Made by a program: the position numbers and the translations under genes
Part shown: positions 19,444-28,538 of the stretch, piece by piece
Layout of the letters: each line of letters starts with the position of its first letter
How positions within the stretch are numbered: the stretch's first letter is position 1
The notes under the pieces: generated by a model
Told to the model about the DNA's origin: nothing
The model's database searches: none
What the model saw: the letters and a program-made list of their open reading frames with translations, nothing else
Assembly: GCA_964400065.1 (NCBI GenBank)
Contig: CAYNSM010000001.1
Span: 16,685-80,684 of the forward strand
Source: an uncultured Planctomycetales bacterium
Lineage (GTDB): Bacteria; Omnitrophota; Gorgyraeia; Zapsychrales; JANLHA01
Direction of reading: 5' to 3'
Length of the DNA: 64,000 nucleotides

Positions 19444-20007
19444 TCATTTTAAACAATTGCGCAAATGATACCCCACAATCCCAAAGGCCACACCGACATT
19501 CAAAGAATTTTTATGCCCTGCCATTTCGATTTCAACAGACGCATCGGCTAAATCGACGAGTTGATCAGAAACCCCCTCTATTTCATTCCCGAGAATCAGA
19601 CACACCGGCGCCGTCGGCAAAAAATCATGGTACAAAACACTGCTGTCGGTCTGTTCTAAAACGACAATTTGATAACCGCTTTTTTTAAGATCGCCTACGA
19701 CCAAAGCGGCATCATACGCATGGTCCCAAGGCACACGCGTTTCTGCGCCAAGCGCTGTCTTTGCAATCTGGGAGTCTGGCGGATAACCGGTAATCCCGCA
19801 AAGCCAGATTTTTTCGACACCCATTCCGTCAGCGGTACGAAAAATCGAACCGACATTATAAAGACTGCGAATATCATTAAGAAGAACCGTCAAACGCAGA
19901 GGCTTTTGCGGATATGCGTCTTGACGAGCGACAATCTCTTGATGGGATAATTTTTTCATAAAGTTAAAAGGGGATGACCAAAAACTGGCCATCCCCTTTG
20001 AGGACAC
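19444..20007 (-). CDS. SpoU/TrmH-family RNA 2'-O-methyltransferase
   Basis: SPOUT motifs LRLTVLLNDIRSLYNVGSIFRTADGMG and LILGNEIEGVS...GHKNSLNVGVAFGI. Confidence 0.75.
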   Translation of the reverse strand: MSSKGMASFWSSPFNFMKKLSHQEIVARQDAYPQKPLRLTVLLNDIRSLYNVGSIFRTADGMGVEKIWLCGITGYPPDSQIAKTALGAETRVPWDHAYDAALVVGDLKKSGYQIVVLEQTDSSVLYHDFLPTAPVCLILGNEIEGVSDQLVDLADASVEIEMAGHKNSLNVGVAFGIVGYHLRNCLK

Positions 20008-20015
20008 GACAGCGT

Positions 20016-21035
<1,020 letters not shown>

Positions 21036-21082
21036 TTAATGTTGCTTTTTGTTAGTGAAATTTTTATGTTTAAGAACGAGGC

Positions 21083-22087
21083 TTACGAAATTGCGGCACG
21101 CAAATGCTCGGCGGCAACCGATGGGGCCGTGCGAACAACATAAAAACCGGTGCCCCATTCAAACCCGGCAACGCGGGTCAACTGCGGAACAATTTCAATA
21201 TGCCAATGATAGCTCTGCGGATTTTCGTAATCCACAGGAGTGACGTGCAAATAAAAATTATAAGAAGGATCCGATAAACAAACCTTTATCCGCAACAGAA
21301 CACTTTTGAGAATTTCCGCCAATTCCCGTCGCTCTTTGTCTTGCAAAGTGACAAAGTCGCAACCATGGTCTTTGGGGAAAATCCAGCTTTCAAACGGAAA
21401 GCGCGGGACAAACGGGCAAAAACTGATAAACCCGTCATTGCTGGTAATAATCCGTCGCTGGTCCTGATACTCTTGCTGTATCATATCGCAAAACACACAA
21501 CGCCCGCGAAAATCGTAATACTGTTTTGCGCCTTCCAATTCTTCGGCGACATATTTGGGCACCATCGGCAAAGCAATAATCTGGCTGTGCGCATGCTCAA
21601 CAGAGGCGCCGGCCGATTGGCCATAATTTTTAAAGATCATAATGTACTTAAAACGTTTATCTCTAGCCAAGCTCGCTGAGCGGCTTTGATAAAGCTTAAG
21701 GACATTGACGACTTCATCAACGGAATAATCCGCAAAATTTTTTGCGTGCTCTGGCGTTTCGATCAAAACCTCATGAGCTCCTACGCCATTGCTCATATCA
21801 TAAAGCCCTACGCCCCGACGGCCCAAATCGCCTTCAATACGCAGTGCCGGAAATTTATTGGGGACAACACGCGCCTGCCAGCCTATCGCATTGGGCGCAT
21901 ACACGCCCGGCCGAATTGCGTCGACTTCCGGTGGAGTTTGCGCTTCACGGCCTGCACAAAACTGACAAACCGCCGCCTGCTTAATAACATGCGGCTCTTT
22001 TTCATAATCCGCAGGGCCCAAAGACTTTTCGCGCTGTTCGACAATCACCCAACGGCCAATAACCGGATCTCTCCTTACTTCTGACAT
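21083..22087 (-). CDS. galT: galactose-1-phosphate uridylyltransferase family protein (GalT class I)
   Basis: CQFCAGRE zinc CxxC and HxHxQ active site (VEHAHSQIIALP) with both His present. 334 aa. Confidence 0.8.
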   Translation of the reverse strand: MSEVRRDPVIGRWVIVEQREKSLGPADYEKEPHVIKQAAVCQFCAGREAQTPPEVDAIRPGVYAPNAIGWQARVVPNKFPALRIEGDLGRRGVGLYDMSNGVGAHEVLIETPEHAKNFADYSVDEVVNVLKLYQSRSASLARDKRFKYIMIFKNYGQSAGASVEHAHSQIIALPMVPKYVAEELEGAKQYYDFRGRCVFCDMIQQEYQDQRRIITSNDGFISFCPFVPRFPFESWIFPKDHGCDFVTLQDKERRELAEILKSVLLRIKVCLSDPSYNFYLHVTPVDYENPQSYHWHIEIVPQLTRVAGFEWGTGFYVVRTAPSVAAEHLRAAIS

Positions 22088-23091
22088 TAAACTTTGACCT
22101 CCCGCAAAAAGTCCGCAACACTTTCCGGTGGAATCGAAGAAATATAAAATCCGGAACCCCGCTCAAAACCGGCCACACGCGTTAATCTCGGCAAAAGTTC
22201 GATATGCCAATGATAATCCTCAGCCAATGTTTTCCACTTCGTAGATTTTTCCCCATGACGAAATGGCGCAGAATGAATGACATAATTATACGCCGGGTCA
22301 TCCAATCCTTTTTTTAATTTCATCAAAAGGACTTTGATCAACCCCGCTAAATCATGCTCATGTCCGAGAACACCTTTGCCAAAATCGCAATGATGCTTCT
22401 TGGGAAGAATCCAAATTTCAAAAATAAAACGCGGCGCAAACGGTGTCATCGCCACAAAATGTTCGCTCTCGGCAATGATGCGGACCTTAGCTTCAAGCTC
22501 CTGGGCAATCATGTCGCAATACAGACAGCGTTCGCGGTAATTATAATATTTTTTGGCTCCGGCAAGTTTTTCTTTGGCGCTAAAAGGAATAACCGACGTA
22601 GAAATGATCTGCGAACGCGAATGCCCAATGCGACGAGAACCTGCCGCCCAGCCGTAATTTTTGTAAGCAATGACATATTGAAAATTGGCGTTTTTTTCAA
22701 GTTCATTGTAACGGACAGCGTAGGTTTCAAAAACCATGCGAATTTGTTCCTGGCTTAAATCCGCCATGTTGGCAATATGTTCCGGCGTTTCAATGACCAC
22801 CTCATGGCTGCCGTAATCATTGACCACATCATAAAGACCGTGACCTTTTCGGCTAAACTTTCCATGGGTCGACAAAAGAGGCGTACCGCTTTCGACAACA
22901 CGGACTTTCCACGGGCCGCCTGGCTGAGGATACACTGCATAAATTTCTTTTTCCTGATTGTCACAGAACGAACAATGCCCCGAATCAAAAGTATTCTTTT
23001 GGGAATCGATAAAAACACCAGGCCGTCTTGCTCTTTCAGTAGCAATAATGACCCAACGCCCGATAACCGGATCTTTACGTAGTTCTGGCAT
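22087..23091 (-). CDS. GalT-family paralog lacking the catalytic nucleophile His (H-S-R-S-Q)
   Basis: Collinear with the downstream copy (CSFCDNQE...IGHSRSQIIS). The second His of HPH is replaced by Arg. ATGA overlap at 22087. Confidence 0.75.
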   Translation of the reverse strand: MPELRKDPVIGRWVIIATERARRPGVFIDSQKNTFDSGHCSFCDNQEKEIYAVYPQPGGPWKVRVVESGTPLLSTHGKFSRKGHGLYDVVNDYGSHEVVIETPEHIANMADLSQEQIRMVFETYAVRYNELEKNANFQYVIAYKNYGWAAGSRRIGHSRSQIISTSVIPFSAKEKLAGAKKYYNYRERCLYCDMIAQELEAKVRIIAESEHFVAMTPFAPRFIFEIWILPKKHHCDFGKGVLGHEHDLAGLIKVLLMKLKKGLDDPAYNYVIHSAPFRHGEKSTKWKTLAEDYHWHIELLPRLTRVAGFERGSGFYISSIPPESVADFLREVKV

Positions 23092-23195
23092 ATATATTTA
23101 AAAAACGATTAAACACCCACCAATTTATTAATCAAGAAGAGCGATTATAGCATAATGACAACGACGTGCAAATTATTCTCCACTTTCCTACTTTT

Positions 23196-23564
23196 CTATT
23201 TTGCGGCAGAACTTAAAGCATTTTCAATCGCTGCCAATATTGTTTGCGTCTCATACGGTTTTGTAAAGTACGCTGTTACTCCTTCAACTTTAAACAAAGA
23301 ATCCAAATTTGCGTGCGCTGTTAATACGATAACCGGAATTTTGGCATTTTCTTTTTTGGTGCGCATTTCCTTAATAAAGGTATACCCGTCGAGCTTTGGC
23401 ATTTTAATATCAAGGATGATCAAGTCCGGTTTGCCTTCCTCAACTTTTTTTAGTCCCTCTTCTCCGTCAGATGCCTCCAAAACTTCATAATGGTGATGTT
23501 CCAAACGCTGCTTGAGTATTGTCGATAAATCAATTTCGTCTTCAACAATCAATATTCTCTTCAT
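23196..23564 (-). CDS. single-domain CheY-like response regulator
   Basis: MKRILIVEDE, LIILDIKMPKLDG, VIVLTA and KPY motifs. Confidence 0.8.
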   Translation of the reverse strand: MKRILIVEDEIDLSTILKQRLEHHHYEVLEASDGEEGLKKVEEGKPDLIILDIKMPKLDGYTFIKEMRTKKENAKIPVIVLTAHANLDSLFKVEGVTAYFTKPYETQTILAAIENALSSAAK

Positions 23565-23746
23565 TGTGCCTCCATTGTTGTGCAAAAAATTCCGCAAAAA
23601 CTTTAACACGCCATTTAATTCTACTTCAGAGACAAAAAAAACAAAGTTGATTAATGTTTTTTTTAAAAACCATTTTATATTTTTCTTGTGATTAAATAAG
23701 AAGACGGCTACAATGCCTCATTAATATTTAAACTGATAATTTTCTT

Positions 23747-24556
23747 ATGCCAAAAATAATTCTTGTTGTCGATGATGAGCCTGATCTAAGTCTTGTCATT
23801 GTTGAACGTCTTAAAAATGCAGGGTACGATGTTTCGTCTGCTCCCAACGGCCGCGTCGCATTAGAACAAATTAAAACCACCAAACCAGATTTAATTATTA
23901 CGGATGTTCTAATGCCAGAATTAGACGGCTTTGGTCTTTTTAAAGCTCTTCAACAAAACGCAGCCACCGCAAAAATCCCTGTGATTGTTCTGACGGCGCG
24001 GGGAAAAATGTCCGATACGTTTACATCCATGGGTGTTGCCGATTTCCTTGCAAAGCCTTTTGATGCACAAACATTACTGGCTACCGTTAATAAACATCTT
24101 GCGACAAGTGCGCCTATCGCCCCGACCCCAGCTATCGCCAAACCATTAACAAAAAATAAAAAAGTTTTCATTGCCGGTGTCGAAGATCAAGTCATACAAG
24201 AAATCTCCAAACAACTCCAAGAACAAGGTTATGCTATCGAAACAACGGCGGATTGTCTCCAAATTCTTCCCAAAATCGGGGCATTTCTGCCAAATGTATT
24301 CTTGCTGGAAATACCTTTGGAAAACATTGCTGTCAAAGACATCGTCAACATTGTCCGAGGGCTTCCTAAACTTCAAAAAATCCCTATCTTCCTTTATAGT
24401 TATCAAGAAACCGTCGAAGGCGGGACAGACGACACACGACAAAAAGCTATTAGTATTGATACCGCAAAGCAAGAATGCATTGATGCCGGAGCAACGGCAT
24501 ATATTGGAAGTTATAACGAAGGAAATTTTGTTAGATCGCTGATTAAACTTTTATAA
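23747..24556 (+). CDS. response regulator: REC plus C-terminal pseudo-receiver (Glu at phosphoacceptor position)
   Basis: REC1 has VVDDEPD, LIITDVLMPELDG, VIVLTA and KPF. The second domain has VFIAGVED, VFLLEIPLEN and IFLYSY. It is divergent from the REC gene at 23196-23564. Confidence 0.8.
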   Translation: MPKIILVVDDEPDLSLVIVERLKNAGYDVSSAPNGRVALEQIKTTKPDLIITDVLMPELDGFGLFKALQQNAATAKIPVIVLTARGKMSDTFTSMGVADFLAKPFDAQTLLATVNKHLATSAPIAPTPAIAKPLTKNKKVFIAGVEDQVIQEISKQLQEQGYAIETTADCLQILPKIGAFLPNVFLLEIPLENIAVKDIVNIVRGLPKLQKIPIFLYSYQETVEGGTDDTRQKAISIDTAKQECIDAGATAYIGSYNEGNFVRSLIKLL

Positions 24557-24560
24557 CGAA

Positions 24561-25556
24561 TCACAATCCCAGCAAATTCAATTTTTGCCCCACATTTTGT
24601 TTTAAAGCACTGCGATAAACCAGATCTGCAACCGCCAAATCCTGTATCGCCAAACCTGTTGAATCAAAAACGGTAATTTGCTCAGCAGAACTGCGGCCTT
24701 TTTTATTGCCGCAAACAATCTCGCCTAACTGCGCATAAATATCTTTTTGACTCAAATATCCTTTCGAAACCGAGACATTAATCTCGCCACTATGACTAGC
24801 TTGGCGATAATCATCGACGACAACTTTAGCATTTTTCAAAATCAAAGGGTCAAGTTCCTGTTTGCCGGCGGCATCTGCTCCGATGGCGTTAATATGCGTG
24901 CCGTTTTTAATCCATGAGCTTTGAACAATTGGCTTTCGAGAAGGAGTCGTCGTTACCACAATATCACAATCACCGACACATTCTTTAACCGTCGAGCAAA
25001 TGCTCATTATCTCTCCGGGACACCGCATATCTTTTACAAAATTTTGGGCGAGAATTGCTTCTTTGCCCCAGACTTTAACGCTTTTGATTTTAAAAATTTC
25101 TCGCAAAGCCAAAAGCTGTGTCTTTGCCTGCACCCCAGAGCCGACTAAACCGACCGTTTGACTGTTTTTAGAAGCAAGATACTTTGCCGCAACACCACCG
25201 GCGGCGCCGGTGCGAATACTGGTCAAAGCTGTTGCATCCATAATGCTTAAAGGAAAACCAGTTTTAGGATCATTCAGAATGATGATCGCCATCACCGACG
25301 GAAAACCATGACGAGCATTATTCGCATGCGTGTTGACCCATTTGAGAGAGCATTTTCCGATCCCTTGGGCATATGCCGGCATCGCACGAAAATCCCCGCC
25401 AAGCTGCGGCAAATCCAAATAAATCTTTGGCGGCATAAGCGTACGCCCAAGACCATGCTGCACAAAAACTTTTTCAACAGCACGGATCGCAGATTTCATG
25501 TCGACAAGTGCCGTAACACTCTTGCGATCAAGAATGAGCGTCGTCAGATTTTTCAT
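24561..25556 (-). CDS. ornithine cyclodeaminase / mu-crystallin family protein
   Basis: OCD/mu-crystallin fold. Rossmann motif VGLVGSGVQA. Confidence 0.8.
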   Translation of the reverse strand: MKNLTTLILDRKSVTALVDMKSAIRAVEKVFVQHGLGRTLMPPKIYLDLPQLGGDFRAMPAYAQGIGKCSLKWVNTHANNARHGFPSVMAIIILNDPKTGFPLSIMDATALTSIRTGAAGGVAAKYLASKNSQTVGLVGSGVQAKTQLLALREIFKIKSVKVWGKEAILAQNFVKDMRCPGEIMSICSTVKECVGDCDIVVTTTPSRKPIVQSSWIKNGTHINAIGADAAGKQELDPLILKNAKVVVDDYRQASHSGEINVSVSKGYLSQKDIYAQLGEIVCGNKKGRSSAEQITVFDSTGLAIQDLAVADLVYRSALKQNVGQKLNLLGL

Positions 25557-25559
25557 CAG

Positions 25560-25841
25560 CTAGTCCACCCGCTTGGTAATCTCAACTAAATGATATCCAA
25601 ACTGTGTTTTGACCGGCCCATGAACTTTACCGACTTCACCCTTAAAAACCACCTTGTCAAATTCCGGCACCATTTGTCCGGGCCCAAATTCGCCTAAAGC
25701 GCCGCCTTGCTTTCCCGACGGACATTGCGAATGCGCCTTTGCAACAGCCGCAAAATCTTTACCCGCCTCAATTTCACTTTTTAACTTATTGCACTCTGCT
25801 TCACTGGCGACAAGAATATGCCGCGCACTTGCTCTGGCCAT
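25560..25841 (-). CDS. parvulin-type peptidyl-prolyl cis-trans isomerase (PpiC-like)
   Basis: ARHILV...FGYHLVEI Par10-like signature. 93 aa. Confidence 0.85.
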   Translation of the reverse strand: MARASARHILVASEAECNKLKSEIEAGKDFAAVAKAHSQCPSGKQGGALGEFGPGQMVPEFDKVVFKGEVGKVHGPVKTQFGYHLVEITKRVD

Positions 25842-25858
25842 AAAATCTCCTTTAGTTA

Positions 25859-26101
25859 TTACTTTCTTTTCTTAGTTTGCTTAGTTTGCTTTGCTTTCTT
25901 TGCGGCTTGACGACGCAGACGAAGGCTGTCAGCCATGCGTTTCTTGGCAGCGATGCCTTCTTTCGTAGCGAAGTACTCTTTCATAATAATTTTTTTACAT
26001 GGACGGCAATAATGCGTTAATCCGTCGCGACTTTTGGCATTTTTGACAAACTGATCCAAGGACTTTCTGTTGCGACAGCGTGAACATCTTTTGGTGCTCA
26101 T
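25859..26101 (-). CDS. small basic zinc-ribbon protein
   Basis: CSRC...CRPC two CxxC pairs. Lys/Arg-rich C-terminal tail. Start at MSTKRC. Confidence 0.45.
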   Translation of the reverse strand: MSTKRCSRCRNRKSLDQFVKNAKSRDGLTHYCRPCKKIIMKEYFATKEGIAAKKRMADSLRLRRQAAKKAKQTKQTKKRK

Positions 26102-26136
26102 AACGCCTCCTTTGTCAATGAACAAACGTTAACTTT

Positions 26137-26361
26137 TTAAAAATTGGGTCGATACCTATCCGGCGCACCATTGACCGCTTTTAAAAAAGCCGGAAAACTG
26201 CGCGAAGGAATGACCATTTCTGTGACCTTTTCGTGCGTGACATCTTCAAAAATCATCGTCATGCCCTTGCGTCCGTCATCGTCGGTATAATGTTTGATGT
26301 AAACACTAAAATGCGAACCCAAATAATCCCACTCAATCAAATTATTGACCTGCGCCATAGC
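26137..26361 (-). CDS. hypothetical small protein
   Basis: The ORF-track version (to 26457) overlaps the upstream gene by 91 nt, so the internal Met MAQVNN is the likelier start. Confidence 0.3.
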   Translation of the reverse strand, partial: AMAQVNNLIEWDYLGSHFSVYIKHYTDDDGRKGMTMIFEDVTHEKVTEMVIPSRSFPAFLKAVNGAPDRYRPNF

Positions 26362-26366
26362 TTGCC

Positions 26367-27095
26367 TTAGTCTCTGCTGCGAAGCTTGGAAAGCAAGCGC
26401 AAAATTTCCATATATAACCAGATCAAGGTCACCATCAAGCCAAAAGCGCCGTACCATTCCATATACTTGGGCGCGCCTGATTGCGCTCCTTTTTCGATGA
26501 AATCAAAATCAAGAACAAGGTTAAGCGCCGCAACAACGACAACGATAAGGCTAAACCCAATCCCCAACAAGCTGTTGCTGCCAATGATAGAAACATTGAC
26601 GTTAAAAAGACTTAAAATCCATGTTGCAAAATAAAACACCGCAATCCCGCCGGTAGCTGCAAAAATTCCCATACGGAAATTATCGGTGACCTTGATAAGA
26701 CCGCTTTTATAAACCGCCAGCAGGGCAAACATCGTGCCAAAAGTCAAGCCCACCGCCTGGATCACGATGCCCGGATAAGCCTTTTCAAACATCGAAGACA
26801 AACCGCCTAAAATAACCCCCTGGACTAAGGCATACACCGGCGAGGTATACATCGCCCATTCTTTTTTGAAAACCGTAACCAGCGCGACGATAAGACCGAC
26901 AATCATCGCCGGAAGAAAAAACATCGCCAATTTTGCCGGATTGCTCCAAACCCACGACGCACTCAAAAGAATAAGCCCCAAAAGCAAAAACGCTTTATTA
27001 GTCGTTCCTTGAATGGTCATAGAACCACTTTGATCGTACGTTGCCACATTATTAAATGTGTTGTCATTGAGAACCGGATTTCCTGTGCGCATCAT
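26367..27095 (-). CDS. Bax inhibitor-1/YccA-like multi-pass membrane protein
   Basis: Cytoplasmic N-terminus, then about seven hydrophobic helices. 242 aa. The family assignment is tentative. Confidence 0.55.
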   Translation of the reverse strand: MMRTGNPVLNDNTFNNVATYDQSGSMTIQGTTNKAFLLLGLILLSASWVWSNPAKLAMFFLPAMIVGLIVALVTVFKKEWAMYTSPVYALVQGVILGGLSSMFEKAYPGIVIQAVGLTFGTMFALLAVYKSGLIKVTDNFRMGIFAATGGIAVFYFATWILSLFNVNVSIIGSNSLLGIGFSLIVVVVAALNLVLDFDFIEKGAQSGAPKYMEWYGAFGLMVTLIWLYMEILRLLSKLRSRD

Positions 27096-27481
27096 TTTGT
27101 CTCTCCTTTTGTTTTTTAATATGTTTTTTAAACTTTATTTCACAAGATAGCATATTTAGTTTCTGAATAATATAACCGAAATTTCTAAAATTACACAAAA
27201 AAATTAATTCCTAAAGATACAAACCCGCCGCATAGTGGAGCATTTTAACATAAAAAGTTAAAAATTTTTTCTTTCTTACAATAAAAATAAATAACTCGAT
27301 CTTAAGTCGTTGTCCTACTTAGCTATAAATCAAAAGAAAGCCCTTGCCCCAATACAGCCGCATCCGTTACTTAAAGCAAAATTATATGGCATAATTAAAG
27401 CGCAAGGAGTGTTTAAAGAGGCTTACGCCCCTTTAAGTTAAAAATCGTACCAAGGCATCAAAGGAGTGCCTAAAAAAGATT

Positions 27482-28531
27482 ATGAAACGCTTACTGGGAA
27501 GTAAATATCTGCTGGTTTTGGTTTCCTTGCTCTGGGCAAATCCAAGAGCGTGGGGCGATACTTTGGAATTTGGCAATGGCCAAACCATGCAAACCGAAGA
27601 AATCAACCCAGCGGAAACCATTAAAAACTTCCAGTACGGCCTTGTCCGAGTCAATTACACCTCGGCCGCTGTCAAAAGTCTAAAAATCAATGGCGAGGAA
27701 AGCTATAAAATTTTGCCAGGAGATTTATTTGTAAGCGACGCGCATGCTTCTGCTTCTTCTCTGGATAAAAACATTTTTACAGCTGGACGTTTTGCCCATG
27801 AAGCTTTACGCAGCGCAATGCGCTTTGAAGATGTTCGCCCCTTTATCACTCAGCAAGCGTATGAAAATTTAGTCAGCAAACGCAACGACGGTTCCAAAGA
27901 ACTCCTTATCTTGCAGATCTTGCGAACGACCATTCCAGACCAAATTGAAATTGTCCAAACACAAATCAAAGATGATACGGCGCAAGCTGTTGCGCGTGGA
28001 AAAATCAACGGCCAAGACTTTTGGGGGACACTGACTTTGGAGCGGCAAGACGGGAAATGGAAATTAGCCCAAGAAACATGGTACGGAAACGAAAGCAAAC
28101 CTGTCTTTGTCAAAAATATCCGGACTGCCGATGATTTTTTAAACCAAATCAATGATCAGCCGGACAAAAACTTTGTCAGCTGGGTCGACTCGGCCGGCCG
28201 CCCCAAAAGTACGCTGCCTCTAGAATATGGCAAAATCAGAACTCCAAAAAACTCTTTCTGCTTCTTTTTCTTTTTGAATCCTCAAAAGCATGGAAAAAAA
28301 GATACCAATGATATCACTCCCTTAGTCTCCGCTATTCCTTCTCCCGACATGCACATCGTCTGGCCGTCGGGATTGCGTCATGATCCTAAAGTTTATGAAG
28401 GCAACAATTCGGATGGCTTTGATGTTTCGGTCGCGGCAGACAAAGACGGTTATTATCCCAACAAAATGAATTTGCGCCTGCCCAGCGGCAAACCGCGCGA
28501 AGTTTATGTCGGTTTCTTAATGTCGTTTTAA
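27482..28531 (+). CDS. secreted hypothetical protein
   Basis: Signal peptide (LLVLVSLLWANPRAWG). No recognisable motifs. Confidence 0.6.
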   Translation: MKRLLGSKYLLVLVSLLWANPRAWGDTLEFGNGQTMQTEEINPAETIKNFQYGLVRVNYTSAAVKSLKINGEESYKILPGDLFVSDAHASASSLDKNIFTAGRFAHEALRSAMRFEDVRPFITQQAYENLVSKRNDGSKELLILQILRTTIPDQIEIVQTQIKDDTAQAVARGKINGQDFWGTLTLERQDGKWKLAQETWYGNESKPVFVKNIRTADDFLNQINDQPDKNFVSWVDSAGRPKSTLPLEYGKIRTPKNSFCFFFFLNPQKHGKKDTNDITPLVSAIPSPDMHIVWPSGLRHDPKVYEGNNSDGFDVSVAADKDGYYPNKMNLRLPSGKPREVYVGFLMSF

Positions 28532-28538
28532 TCCCAAA

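Noticed and set aside
25861-25895. 9-bp tandem repeat cttagtttg x2 plus ctttg variants
   Set aside because: It simply encodes the KQTKQTKK lysine-rich tail of the small zinc-ribbon protein. There is no evidence of a separate element.
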